DNA of 60,001 nucleotides from Patescibacteria group bacterium (GCA_016926555.1 JAFGOI010000013.1:110802-170802); one strand, 5' to 3'; shown: positions 39,475 to 49,715, counted from the stretch's first letter. A program made the numbers and translations. Notes: generated by a model not told the origin, from the sequence alone.

Positions 39475-40354
39475 TACTTGGCAGAATGTTTTAAGTAATG
39501 TCAAAAGGGAAAGACTGCTCAGTATATCTAACATAGTTATTATGTCCGTTACGTTTATGCTTCTTGGTGTGCTTGTTTACGTTGTAGCTTTATCTCAAAC
39601 GGCGCTTCGTTATTTGGAAAGACAGGCACAGGTGACGGTATTCTTTGAAGATACATTTTCAGAGCAAGATATTTTAAACATGCGAAATAATCTGATGAAA
39701 GATCTACGGGTTTTAGATGTGAAGTATGTATCAAAGGCGGATGCGTTTAAGTTATTCACGGAGATAAATAAAGATGAGCCGATTTTACTTGAATCTATCT
39801 CAGAAGATATACTACCCGCAAGCCTTGAAATAAAGACTGTGGAGGTAGCCGATCTAAAAGCCTTGGCAGACGAAATTTCCTCTGTTGAAGGTGTTGAAGA
39901 AGTAAGATTTTTTGAGAATGTAGTAGCGAAGTTTATTTTTTGGAGCAATCTGATATACATTGTCGGAACTGTGTTGGTTGTTTTGTTCCTGCTGATTTCT
40001 TACTCGGTGGTAATGGTTACATTAAGGACTACAATCAACTCAAAGGGTATTGAGCTTGAGATTATGAAACTTGTTGGCGCGTCTGATACATATGTGAAAC
40101 GACCCCTCATTTTTATGGGTGTATTGTTTGGGTTTGTGTCGGCTGTGGTTGCGGGGTCATTTTCGGTAATTCTTGGTTTTGTTATGAGTAGAATGCCTGT
40201 ATTTTCCAGTGGGATATCCCTATTTTTTCTTCATCAAATATCTTTGACTCCTGTAGTATTTTCTTTTGTTTTATTTAGTGTTCTATTGTTTTCAGGAATA
40301 TTGCTTGGTTACCTAGGCAGTTACACTGCAGTTAGAAGGTATCTAAAGTATTAA
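39467..40354 (+). CDS. ftsX: Cell division permease FtsX
   Basis: VKYVSKADA, ILPASLEIK, EIMKLVGA and AVRRYLK motifs. Confidence 0.92.
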   Translation: MASTWQNVLSNVKRERLLSISNIVIMSVTFMLLGVLVYVVALSQTALRYLERQAQVTVFFEDTFSEQDILNMRNNLMKDLRVLDVKYVSKADAFKLFTEINKDEPILLESISEDILPASLEIKTVEVADLKALADEISSVEGVEEVRFFENVVAKFIFWSNLIYIVGTVLVVLFLLISYSVVMVTLRTTINSKGIELEIMKLVGASDTYVKRPLIFMGVLFGFVSAVVAGSFSVILGFVMSRMPVFSSGISLFFLHQISLTPVVFSFVLFSVLLFSGILLGYLGSYTAVRRYLKY

Positions 40355-40372
40355 TCCTGCCTCATTAAAATT

Positions 40373-41617
40373 ATGAAGTTTAAAGTATTAATGTCTTCAC
40401 TACTTATAGTGTTTTCCTGTGCCGCGGTTTTCTATTCTTATACGACAGTATGGGCGGAAGATGATGTTGACGAGGAAATTGATGATTTGCAAGACAAAAT
40501 AGAAAAATACGAGAAAAAGATAGTAGAACTCCAAGGGCGAGCAAAAACTTTGGCAAATGAGATTGAATATATGGATAGTCAAATAAACCTTACGGAATTG
40601 CGTATTAGGGATTCCATATCAAAGATAGTTCAAAAGGAACAGAAAATTAAGGAGTTAACAGGGGATATAAATAATTTATCTGAGAGGATCGATAAACTTC
40701 AGAGCTCTATCGACTATCAAACGGGAGTGCTTCAGGCGAGGTTGAGAGAACGTTATATGAGCCAAGAAGATTCCCCTCTAGTGTTTTTATTATCATCCGA
40801 TACTTTAGATCAAATAGTCCATAAAACGGAGTACTTGAAGGTTATGGGTATACAAGACAATAAAATGATTGATGATATGTCAAAGACTAAGCAGAGTTTT
40901 ATGCTGCAAAAAAAGCTTTATCAGGATAAAAAGGACAAAGAGGAGGAACTTAAAGCCGAACTCGAAGTTGAAAAAGCTAATCTTGATTACTATAAAAACA
41001 GTTTAGAAGGCCAAAAGGTTGAAAAGAACAGACTGCTTGAACTTACGCAAAACGATGAGAACAAGTACCAGAAACTGTTGAAGGAAGCCGAGGAGGAACT
41101 ACAGCAGATAATGAGAGCCGTATCCGTGCTTAAGCATCAAGACGGAGAGGAGGTGAAAAGAGGGGATGTAATCGGTATCCAAGGTAATACGGGTTATTCG
41201 TTTGGAGACCATCTTCACTTTGGTGTTTATAGGTATGGTTCGTTTGAGGATATTGACGGGTGGGATTGGTACTATTCAAATTATGTCGATCCGGCTAAGA
41301 AGCTAAAAAGCAAAACGGTATATTGGAATACTGGTTGTGAGACTGCGGGTAATAGAACTATAGGTAATGGGGACTGGGACTGGCCCATTAAAAATCCAAC
41401 TATTTCCCAGGGATTTGGTGATACGTGTTACTCGGATGTTTATTATGGTGGAAAACCGCATCCCGCTTATGATATGTATGGGCCTTACGGCGCGGCGATT
41501 TATGCTGTCGACGATGGTGAGGCGTACTATTGTCGAAATTGTTTGGGGGACGGTGGCAACGGCGTTTTTATGTTCCATGGTGATGACTATATGACCTTAT
41601 ATTGGCACCTGCAATGA
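40373..41617 (+). CDS. Coiled-coil murein hydrolase activator / M23 peptidase with permuted M23 domain
   Basis: Signal/TM, long coiled coil, GNTGYSFGDHLHF, then HPAYD and terminal YWHL. Confidence 0.85.
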   Translation: MKFKVLMSSLLIVFSCAAVFYSYTTVWAEDDVDEEIDDLQDKIEKYEKKIVELQGRAKTLANEIEYMDSQINLTELRIRDSISKIVQKEQKIKELTGDINNLSERIDKLQSSIDYQTGVLQARLRERYMSQEDSPLVFLLSSDTLDQIVHKTEYLKVMGIQDNKMIDDMSKTKQSFMLQKKLYQDKKDKEEELKAELEVEKANLDYYKNSLEGQKVEKNRLLELTQNDENKYQKLLKEAEEELQQIMRAVSVLKHQDGEEVKRGDVIGIQGNTGYSFGDHLHFGVYRYGSFEDIDGWDWYYSNYVDPAKKLKSKTVYWNTGCETAGNRTIGNGDWDWPIKNPTISQGFGDTCYSDVYYGGKPHPAYDMYGPYGAAIYAVDDGEAYYCRNCLGDGGNGVFMFHGDDYMTLYWHLQ

Positions 41618-41679
41618 TTATCTACTTGGTATAGAGAAATTTCTCTTGTCACAAATGTTTAATCAAATACTATGTTTTA

Positions 41680-42312
41680 ATGAGAGTTTTGTGTCTGATA
41701 TTTTTGTGCGTAATATTTCTGTTTCCAAATAAGGTATATTCCTCTGGATTTGAACGGCTATATTTTGACTTTAGACCGGTTTCGTATCTGGGAAGCCGCC
41801 AGAATGAGTTTAAAGTTGATATGAGGTACGTCTTTTACGGCTATGTGCCCGCCGAATTTAGGATTAAGCCGCAGACGCAAAATGGAACAGCCGAAATTTA
41901 TAGTTCCCAAAGCGGAAAATGGCTGTCCGAGTTTGATGAGTGGTCAAAGCTACCTGATTTGAGTGAAGATATGCGGATTAGAATAACGGAACCTTTAAAA
42001 GCAGATATTTTGGATCTATCATTTATAATTCAGAATAAAATAACAGGGGATATGTATGAAACTCCGACGCATAAAGTTTATTTTCTAAGAGCGTATGGAA
42101 ACTATATAGACAGGATCAATAGAAACTTGATTTCAGGTGTGGCTGTTAAGCCCAGTGCGAATGTGGTATTGGAAGGTCCGCGTGGAGAGGTTTTGGCCGG
42201 TCAATTCGGATCCGGACTAAATTTATACTATATAACTTTTAGTATAGTATCCGTTATAGCGCTGTTTTTACTTGGAACTAAAGTGTTTTCCCGTGGTAAT
42301 ATAAGTAAATGA
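41680..42312 (+). CDS. Hypothetical surface protein (signal peptide, C-terminal TM)
   Basis: Hydrophobic N- and C-termini; no family recognised. Confidence 0.6.
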   Translation: MRVLCLIFLCVIFLFPNKVYSSGFERLYFDFRPVSYLGSRQNEFKVDMRYVFYGYVPAEFRIKPQTQNGTAEIYSSQSGKWLSEFDEWSKLPDLSEDMRIRITEPLKADILDLSFIIQNKITGDMYETPTHKVYFLRAYGNYIDRINRNLISGVAVKPSANVVLEGPRGEVLAGQFGSGLNLYYITFSIVSVIALFLLGTKVFSRGNISK

Positions 42313-42680
42313 AATCTTGTAAAAGATGGATACCGGCTCTAATAGTGATGTGTGTGATTTTCCTTTTTTCTTCTATGCCTGGGGACACTGTGGATGCTGT
42401 AGGTTTGGGGAAGGAATCGTACCATATTAATGGTCATTTCTTACTTTTTTTTCTGCTAATGTTTTCTTTTTACAAAGCAGTAAAAAACACAGGGATTTCA
42501 ATGTTGTATACTTTCGCTTATGCTGTCTTTGATGAGATACACCAGATTTTTGTCCCAGGAAGATCGGTACAGATATTTGATATTATCGTTGATTTATCGG
42601 GAGGTTTATTTGCTGGGTTAATATTATGGAAGTTACAACACAAAATACCAAGGAGACTAATAAATTGGCTTCAAAAGTAG
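42309..42680 (+). CDS. VanZ family protein
   Basis: IFLFSS...HFLLF...YAVFDEIHQIFVPGRS...DIIVDLSG. Confidence 0.9.
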   Translation: MKSCKRWIPALIVMCVIFLFSSMPGDTVDAVGLGKESYHINGHFLLFFLLMFSFYKAVKNTGISMLYTFAYAVFDEIHQIFVPGRSVQIFDIIVDLSGGLFAGLILWKLQHKIPRRLINWLQK

Positions 42681-43063
42681 CTGAAAAGATAAAAGCGGGG
42701 GATGTACTAGCGCTGTACGGTGACCTGGGAAGCGGCAAAACTACTTTTGTAAGGTTTTTAGTTAGTGCGTTGGGATTTGACGCGAGAGTCCAAAGCCCCA
42801 CATTTGTGATAATAAGAAAATATCAGGGAAATAACAAAGTAGGCCTTAAGGGTGTAAATCATCTTGATTTATTTAGATTTCAGTTTAAAGAGGAGTTGGA
42901 GACCTTAGATTTAAGCGGTGTACTGAAAGAAAAAGATGAGATAAGTATCATAGAATGGCCTGAGTTGGCCGAGGACTATTTTGATAAAGATACAATTAAA
43001 CTGTACTTTGAAGATTTAGGCGGGGATAAGAGGAAAATTACTATTGAGAATTTGGAGTTATGA
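42626..43063 (+). CDS. tsaE: t6A biosynthesis ATPase TsaE
   Basis: LYGDLGSGKTTF, VQSPTF, HLDLFR and IIEWPE motifs. Confidence 0.95.
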   Translation: MEVTTQNTKETNKLASKVAEKIKAGDVLALYGDLGSGKTTFVRFLVSALGFDARVQSPTFVIIRKYQGNNKVGLKGVNHLDLFRFQFKEELETLDLSGVLKEKDEISIIEWPELAEDYFDKDTIKLYFEDLGGDKRKITIENLEL

Positions 43064-43383
43064 TAGAGATTTATATTGATACATCAAAAAGAGGGGGAAA
43101 AGAGGTGCGTATTCTGAAAGACGGAGGTCTTATTGATTCGATGACCGGAGAAATTGATGTGGTGGATTCTTTATCAAAATTGCTTGTAAAAAACGGCATA
43201 AAAATATCTAAAATAAATGGATGCAACTTCTTTAAAGGTCCCGGTTCATTTACAGGTTTAAAAGTGGGTTGCGCCATTTCCAATACTATTAATTGGGCAT
43301 TGAAGCTTAAAGAAATAGAACAGCTTGAGCAGCCTGTTTATGGGAGCCAACCAAATATTCAGATGCCGGAAAAATCTTTGTAA
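43060..43383 (+). CDS. tsaB: TsaB-like protein, short form
   Basis: IYIDTS; GPGSFTGLKVG. Confidence 0.75.
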   Translation: MIEIYIDTSKRGGKEVRILKDGGLIDSMTGEIDVVDSLSKLLVKNGIKISKINGCNFFKGPGSFTGLKVGCAISNTINWALKLKEIEQLEQPVYGSQPNIQMPEKSL

Positions 43384-43408
43384 ATGATCTGTAGTATATA
43401 ATCAAAGC

Positions 43409-44209
43409 ATGCTCTCTTATTTATTTTATGGCATTTTGGCCGGGACTCATCGGGCGGCTTGGGGAGGATTCAAGGACACACCCTACGAACCATATAAGTT
43501 ATCAAAATCGATAAGGAGTGTAATACTGGGAGGTTTGTGGGGCGTTTTTCAGTATTGTGTGTACCCCCTTTATAATATTGATGTATTAGATGTATCCCCC
43601 GCCTTTGTATATCTGGTTTCGTTGAGTTTGGATACTTTAACTACAGAGTATTACAAACTTTTTGTTCGAAGGGAGTCTCAGGAGAGATATAAAATTCCTT
43701 CTACTTTTCATCTGCTTAAACTGGAGGCGAATCCTTATGTTAAGTTTTTTGCTGGAATATTGTTAATGGTTATTGCATATACTGTTTTTGTATTTTCATT
43801 TGGATTTAACCTACCCACGCAGAGTGAAGTTGGTGTTGTTAAGGTCTTGCTTGTTGGCGCTGGCTTGGGGTTATTTGCGGGAGTACTTGAAGCTGTTGGG
43901 GGGTCTTGGAAAGATGCCCCCTTCGAAGGATTTAGTTATGTGAAGTTCTTTAGGAGTCCTATTGTTAGTACGTTGTGGGGAGTTTTACTCTCTTTATACA
44001 TCGGAAATTTAGGAATACTTCTGTTTTCAATCGCGGGTGGAAATAGAATTACAGTGGAGTTTTATAAGACTTTTATCAAACATAATAAGGTTGGTAAATT
44101 CAAAAGGGCCAAGCCTGAATTTCCCGAGTGGGTGAAAAGAAGAAAGGTATTTTTGATACCTTACGTGATAACATGGGTGTTTTTTCTCGCTGCATTTCTG
44201 TTTAGTTAG
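43409..44209 (+). CDS. Multi-pass membrane protein with internal duplication
   Basis: GGFKDTPYEP...RS...E-YYK and GSWKDAPFEG...RS...E-FYK repeats. Confidence 0.7.
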   Translation: MLSYLFYGILAGTHRAAWGGFKDTPYEPYKLSKSIRSVILGGLWGVFQYCVYPLYNIDVLDVSPAFVYLVSLSLDTLTTEYYKLFVRRESQERYKIPSTFHLLKLEANPYVKFFAGILLMVIAYTVFVFSFGFNLPTQSEVGVVKVLLVGAGLGLFAGVLEAVGGSWKDAPFEGFSYVKFFRSPIVSTLWGVLLSLYIGNLGILLFSIAGGNRITVEFYKTFIKHNKVGKFKRAKPEFPEWVKRRKVFLIPYVITWVFFLAAFLFS

Positions 44210-44232
44210 GTATATATTATATAATCGTAAAT

Positions 44233-45192
44233 ATGAAAATATTGGTTACCGGCGCAGCTGGCTTTATAGGTTCCCACCTTTCCGAAGCACTAAAAAAACA
44301 AGGGCATTCTGTTATGGGAGTTGACAACTTTGCACCCTATTACTCAGAGGAGTTGAAAAGGGTTAACGAGGAAGATTTGAAAGAAGTTGGTGTTGAAGTT
44401 GAAAACCTAGATCTCGCCGAGGACGATTTGTCAGATCTCGTAACGGGAATTGAGGTTGTTTACCACCTTGCAGCCCAACCGGGCATTTCAGCTAAAACGC
44501 CATTTGAAGATTACCTGAAGAACAATATCATTGCAACTAATAGGTTGTTAAATTCCCTTGAAAACGTGTCGGTAAAGTTATTTGTGAATATAGCCACTTC
44601 GTCTTGTTATGGATCTGACGCTTCTTATCCGGAGGATCACGAACTAAAACCTACCTCATATTATGGTGTAACAAAATTGGCGGCCGAGCAGCTGGTTTTG
44701 GCGCGGCAAAGAGAAAAGGGGTTACCCGCGTGTTCAACAAGGCTATTCTCAGTATACGGTGAGCGGGAGCGGCCAGAAAAGCTGCACCCGAAAGTCATTT
44801 ATTCGATTTTGGATAGTAAATACAAATTCCCTCTATTTGAAGGAAGTAAAGGGCATCTAAGGAGTTTTACATATGTGGGTGATATAGTTGACGGCCTAGT
44901 TTCAGTACTGGAAAATCGGGATAAGTGTATTGGAGAAATCTTTAACCTTGGTCTTGATGTTACTTCCACAACTGGGGAGATCATAAGCATTATTGAAGAA
45001 CTAATGGGAAAGAAAGCTAAGTTTGATATTGTTCCGAAGAGAGCAGGCGACCAAGAAAAGACATCCGCAAATATACAAAAGGCAAGGCGGATTTTAGGGT
45101 ATAATCCAACAACAAAACCAGAAGAAGGTTTAAAGAAGGAGATAGATTGGTTTAAGGAAAAGGTATGGCAGAAAATAAACTTATATCAATAA
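44233..45192 (+). CDS. NAD-dependent epimerase (UDP-glucuronate 4-epimerase-like)
   Basis: TGAAGFIG, HLAAQPG, YYGVTK (YxxxK) and RSFTYVGDIV motifs. Confidence 0.9.
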   Translation: MKILVTGAAGFIGSHLSEALKKQGHSVMGVDNFAPYYSEELKRVNEEDLKEVGVEVENLDLAEDDLSDLVTGIEVVYHLAAQPGISAKTPFEDYLKNNIIATNRLLNSLENVSVKLFVNIATSSCYGSDASYPEDHELKPTSYYGVTKLAAEQLVLARQREKGLPACSTRLFSVYGERERPEKLHPKVIYSILDSKYKFPLFEGSKGHLRSFTYVGDIVDGLVSVLENRDKCIGEIFNLGLDVTSTTGEIISIIEELMGKKAKFDIVPKRAGDQEKTSANIQKARRILGYNPTTKPEEGLKKEIDWFKEKVWQKINLYQ

Positions 45193-46124
45193 TAATTCCT
45201 TGTTATAACGAGGAAAAAAATATAAATAGAACTTTTGACGAGTTGTTGAGATTGGCTGAGAAGGAAAATTATAAAGTTGAAATTATTGCGGTAAATGACG
45301 GCAGTTCTGATGAAACATGGAAGGTAATATCGGAATATGCACGAAAGTATGAAGCAGTTAAGGGCGTTAACCTTATGGGGAATTATGGACAGTCCGCCGC
45401 TTATCAAGCGGGTTTTGATGAATCAAAGGGAGACTATGTAGTGCTTGTGTCGGCCGATTTGGAAATTCCTATTGAGAATGTTAAAAAAGTTATTGAATAT
45501 ATGGATGAGGGATATGACTTTGTTAATACAAATAGAGTTGGTAGATGGAGTGAAGCAAAGCGGAAAATAGGAAGCGGAGGGGCGAACAGATTAGTGTCAG
45601 CAATTGCGAAAATAGATATCAAAGACTTGGGTTCGGGTATGAAAGGTTTGAAAAAGGTCTTGGTTGAAAATATACGTTTATATGGAGAGATGCACAGATT
45701 TATACCGGCCTTTGCAAGGCTTCACAGGGCCAAGATGATTGAGTTTGATGTAGAATTCAAAGATAGAGATTTTGGAGTGTCTGCATATAAAGGCCACAAG
45801 CGAGCTGTTAAAGTTGCTCTTGATTTGATCACACTGGCTTTTTTTCTAAACTTTGCAAGGAAACCGTTTAGAGCGTTGCCGGGGAGGCTATTTGGTTTTA
45901 CAGGTGCGGTGATTTCCGGAATAGGTACACTGTTTGCACTATACCTTTTTGTTTTAAAAGTTCTTGGATACAGTATTGGGGGAAGACCGCTTTTAACACT
46001 TTCAGTGTTGATGATAATTGTAGGTGTGCAGTCAATGATGATGGGAATGATTGGAGAACTACTGATGCGCACCTATTTTGAATCATCTGGCAGAAGAACT
46101 TATACTGTCAGGGAAAGAGTCTAA
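45165..46124 (+). CDS. GT2 polyprenyl-phosphate glycosyltransferase (ArnC/GtrB-like)
   Basis: IIPCYNEE, VNDGSSD, NYGQSAA, EMHRFIP and two C-terminal TMs. Confidence 0.9.
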   Translation: MAENKLISIIIPCYNEEKNINRTFDELLRLAEKENYKVEIIAVNDGSSDETWKVISEYARKYEAVKGVNLMGNYGQSAAYQAGFDESKGDYVVLVSADLEIPIENVKKVIEYMDEGYDFVNTNRVGRWSEAKRKIGSGGANRLVSAIAKIDIKDLGSGMKGLKKVLVENIRLYGEMHRFIPAFARLHRAKMIEFDVEFKDRDFGVSAYKGHKRAVKVALDLITLAFFLNFARKPFRALPGRLFGFTGAVISGIGTLFALYLFVLKVLGYSIGGRPLLTLSVLMIIVGVQSMMMGMIGELLMRTYFESSGRRTYTVRERV

Positions 46125-46196
46125 CAGAGTTTAGTAGCTAGATAAAGTGCTCTATACTGTCCGCTTTATATACAGGTTCTTCCTTCTTCGAAGCGA

Positions 46197-47150
46197 CTAA
46201 TTGCAGCTCCCGTCTGTTTCTGGGCCACCTGTGCCATAACCGAACCCGGCTGATGGAGGTGTAGAGGATAGTTCAGTATTACATTCTTCCGGAGCTTCAT
46301 TAAACCCTGCGCAAACAGCGCTTAATAGACTTGAAGGATCTCTACCTGCATTTACAGTAGAACCGTTAATCACTAATGTTGGGGAACCTTGTATGGAGTA
46401 TCTATCGTTTTCGGCCTTATACACGTCAAAAAGTGGATATCTCCCATTCAACCAAGTGTCGGTATTCTCTAGGTTTTTTGTGATTGAAAACTGCGAGTCT
46501 GCCGTGTCTACACAAGATGCAAGGATGCTTTTGTTGATATTACTTTCACTTATGCATTTTTCTCCTTCTCCGTCTGCGAGAAAACACTCCAGATATGGAA
46601 TCAGTTTTTCAGGTTCATTTTTACTTATGCAGTATTGTGTTGCTTGTTCTTTTAGTTCAACTTCCCCATGCATTGCGTAATAAACAAATTTCAGCGAAAA
46701 ATCAATTTTATCTCCTAAGGTTTTTAAAACTGGCAGGATGCCTTTTTCAACCTGGGTTCCGTACGGGCAATGACTCATAACAAAAAGTTCTACATTCGGT
46801 TTAGCCGATTTTTCAACTTCAACAGTTTGCTCAGCAGTGTCTCCGGCAATATTAGTGGTGTTTAGATCATATCCATTGGGGAAGAATTTATCCCCATCCT
46901 CTGTAACGTAAAGTTCGTGCTCGGTGCCGCCACCTTCGACCTTTACTGTGTATAGACCTTTTTTATACTTAAATACATCAATTACACTAAAACCGGACAG
47001 GTTGTTGTTTGTAAAATAAGTTTCGACCTTTGATTTGATTTCATCAGTGCTTAAACTGCTCTTTCCGGGGAAAATACCCATTTGATAAATTGTACCTACT
47101 GCTAAAACAAGGAGAACGGCTATTAGAATTAGGTTATTTTTGTTTTTCAT
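46197..47150 (-). CDS. Membrane-anchored thioredoxin-fold protein (DsbA/GILT-like)
   Basis: FVMSHCPYG; cis-Pro loop IQGSPTLVING; additional Cys residues. Confidence 0.75.
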   Translation of the reverse strand: MKNKNNLILIAVLLVLAVGTIYQMGIFPGKSSLSTDEIKSKVETYFTNNNLSGFSVIDVFKYKKGLYTVKVEGGGTEHELYVTEDGDKFFPNGYDLNTTNIAGDTAEQTVEVEKSAKPNVELFVMSHCPYGTQVEKGILPVLKTLGDKIDFSLKFVYYAMHGEVELKEQATQYCISKNEPEKLIPYLECFLADGEGEKCISESNINKSILASCVDTADSQFSITKNLENTDTWLNGRYPLFDVYKAENDRYSIQGSPTLVINGSTVNAGRDPSSLLSAVCAGFNEAPEECNTELSSTPPSAGFGYGTGGPETDGSCN

Positions 47151-47224
47151 AGAATAGGCTGAATAATACAGATATATTTTTCATTATGCAAATTTAGTTT
47201 GTTTTTTTGATAGAATATTCAGGT

Positions 47225-47998
47225 ATGAAAAAAATGAACTTGGTATTAATCCAACCTTTTGGCGCCAATAGTGTGATGTTGAAAGAATTAGTTGATTATG
47301 CCAATGAGTTTTTCAACGTGTATTTTGTTGACCTTCCTGGTTTTATAAAGGAATTGGATCCTCTTGAGGAAGTAACTGTAGACTCTTTGGCGGATTTTGT
47401 GGGGAAATATATAAATGATCTAAACCTTGATGAATACATTATTGGGGGCATTTCATTAGGATTTTTAGTCCTTTGCCATGTTCATATAGATAAGAAATGT
47501 AAAGGAGTATTAGCAGTGGAGCCTTGCCTGGGGCACTCAAGTATACGTGTTGGACATGCTAAGAAGATATTAACTGCAGGTATAGCCAAGGCGGCATCAA
47601 AGTTAGATCTGGCCGATTGGATGTTACATAGCGACAGGATGCTAGATCTTGCTGAATTAATCGGCTTGACAAAAAGACCTCCCTGGATGGATTTGGTAAG
47701 GGAGCATATGAGTGGAAAAGCTATAGCCGATACTGCTTATTGTGTTCTTACTAGTAATACGGATAGTTATTTCAGCCATTTGCCCCATGCCTTGATAATG
47801 AATGCAGAAGATGAGACTGTGAGTTATGAATATGTTGTCACGGAATTGTCAAAACACACAACAGATTTGTTAATTGTTAGGTCAGAGCTGCCTCATTCAC
47901 CTAGAGATTGGTCCAGAAGATACTTTGAAGAAAACTTCCCCCACGAAATGATGGAGAAAATGCAGGAGTTTTTCTATAGCAGACTTTATAAAAAATAA
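47225..47998 (+). CDS. Alpha/beta hydrolase-fold protein
   Basis: VDLPG; GISLG nucleophile elbow; late D and H candidates. Confidence 0.65.
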   Translation: MKKMNLVLIQPFGANSVMLKELVDYANEFFNVYFVDLPGFIKELDPLEEVTVDSLADFVGKYINDLNLDEYIIGGISLGFLVLCHVHIDKKCKGVLAVEPCLGHSSIRVGHAKKILTAGIAKAASKLDLADWMLHSDRMLDLAELIGLTKRPPWMDLVREHMSGKAIADTAYCVLTSNTDSYFSHLPHALIMNAEDETVSYEYVVTELSKHTTDLLIVRSELPHSPRDWSRRYFEENFPHEMMEKMQEFFYSRLYKK

Positions 47999-48027
47999 AT
48001 TCTTGTGACCAAAATAAATATCAAATT

Positions 48028-48061
48028 AAGAGGCAGAGCTCCTGTCGGAGCTCTGCCTCTT
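48028..48061. terminator. Hairpin between convergent genes (probable bidirectional terminator)
   Basis: AAGAGGCAGAGCTCC-TGTC-GGAGCTCTGCCTCTT, 15-bp perfect stem. Confidence 0.75.
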
Positions 48062-48092
48062 CTGCCGTTTTGTTTATATTAAAGTTGGTATG

Positions 48093-48608
48093 TTACATTT
48101 CCTCGTCATGAAAAGGAGGTTCACCCATCTTCATTCTTCTGCCTCCGAAACCTTCTTTGTTGGGGTGTATCTCGGGGTGCATTAAGGAAAGATCAATTCC
48201 GTTTTCTTCTGCCCAAGCTTGCATTTCCGCTCTGTTGTTGTCCATAAGTTGTTTTCTTTCTTCCTCAGATAGTTCCTGCCAATTTTCTTTATTTTCGGGA
48301 CGTTCCGCCATTTTCTCAAGTAAGGCGTTTTTCTGTTCCTCGGTGAGTTTGCCTTCAGACACGGCGGCGTTAAGTTGTTCTTCCAGGTGCGATCTCTGCT
48401 CCTCACGTTTTTCTTCTTTTATTTCTTCCATGAATTCATTAACTTCATCTTCATTAAGATTGAATCTTTCTATGAATTTTTTAATGAGGGACTGAAATCC
48501 ATTTCCGGGTCCTTGCGCATATACGGATTTTACAGTCATTGTCCCCGCTGTTGCTATTAGAGCGAGTGCCAACGTAGGTATAATAATTTTCTTATTCATT
48601 ATCAACAC
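48093..48608 (-). CDS. Secreted helical protein (Spy/LTXXQ- or YckD-like)
   Basis: Signal peptide; AVSEGKLTEEQKNAL; strong SD; downstream of the two-component system. Confidence 0.6.
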   Translation of the reverse strand: MLIMNKKIIIPTLALALIATAGTMTVKSVYAQGPGNGFQSLIKKFIERFNLNEDEVNEFMEEIKEEKREEQRSHLEEQLNAAVSEGKLTEEQKNALLEKMAERPENKENWQELSEEERKQLMDNNRAEMQAWAEENGIDLSLMHPEIHPNKEGFGGRRMKMGEPPFHDEEM

Positions 48609-48695
48609 CTCCTTTGTAATGTTTGGATTGCAAATAAATAACTGATTTCAGATACTTTATACAAGCTAACTGAGATAAAACTTAAGAATAAGGTA

Positions 48696-49715
48696 TTATT
48701 TTTTGGGGAGTTTTATTTCAAATATCGTGCCGTCTTTGGTGGATTCCACAACGGATATATTGCCGCCATGTGTTTTTACGATTTCTCTAGCAATAGACAG
48801 CCCCAATCCAAATCCATCGTGTTCTATTTTAGCTCTTGAAGTATCTGCTTTGTAAAATCTATCGAAAATGTACGGAAGATCTTTCTTTGCAATTCCGATT
48901 CCCGTGTCGGCAACCTTGATAGAAATATATTTATCGGAATCTTTTAGAATTACGCTTACCTTCCCGTTTTCTCTGTTAAATTTTATTCCGTTATCTAACA
49001 GTATTGTGATTAGTTCGGATATGTTTTCTCTATTTGCGGTTATTTCGATGTTATCTCCTGTGCAAGCAATCTCCACACCTTTCTCATCAGCTTTTGGACG
49101 AAGTTTTTTAATAACTTTATCGATTACCGTATTTAAGTTGAAGGTCGAAGGATTGTTCGGTTTCTCGAAATTCTGATATCTGCTTTGTGTCAGCAGCATA
49201 TTTGTCAGGTGAGTCAATGAATCTACATCTTCAATTGTTTCTTCTAATATTTTTTTTGTTTGGGATAGTGTAAGCCCCTTATTTCTTAGGTTTACTTCCA
49301 GATATGTTTTCATTGATGTAAGCGGTGTTTTTAGTTCGTGTGCGGCATCAGAAATAAAGTTTTTTTGTCTTTTAATCATTTCTTCAATAGGTTCCAGTGT
49401 TTTTCCCGCGAGTATATAACCGAATGCTCCGGCCAAACTGAGTACAAGCAGATTGATACTAGTTAACATCACAAGTAGTTTTGCTTTAATTTCCCTTATA
49501 GTTTCTTGATTTATCGGTTCATGAAATCTTTCGGGCAGCGGCTGGAATCGGGAGAAATCTCTCATTTTGGTTTCCAAACGCCTCTCGTGCATTTCTAACG
49601 CCCTTTCAGCCTCATTGCAGAAACCAAAATACACCATACTGCTAAAAAATACTGTAACCGCCATTATAATTACTAAGTACCAGGCAGTAAGTTTTATTCT
49701 TGCTGATCTAAACAT
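48696..49715 (-). CDS. Sensor histidine kinase (HisKA, HATPase_c)
   Basis: DAAHELKTPL, LLDNGIKF, DTGIGI and GFGLGLSI motifs. Confidence 0.95.
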   Translation of the reverse strand: MFRSARIKLTAWYLVIIMAVTVFFSSMVYFGFCNEAERALEMHERRLETKMRDFSRFQPLPERFHEPINQETIREIKAKLLVMLTSINLLVLSLAGAFGYILAGKTLEPIEEMIKRQKNFISDAAHELKTPLTSMKTYLEVNLRNKGLTLSQTKKILEETIEDVDSLTHLTNMLLTQSRYQNFEKPNNPSTFNLNTVIDKVIKKLRPKADEKGVEIACTGDNIEITANRENISELITILLDNGIKFNRENGKVSVILKDSDKYISIKVADTGIGIAKKDLPYIFDRFYKADTSRAKIEHDGFGLGLSIAREIVKTHGGNISVVESTKDGTIFEIKLPKK

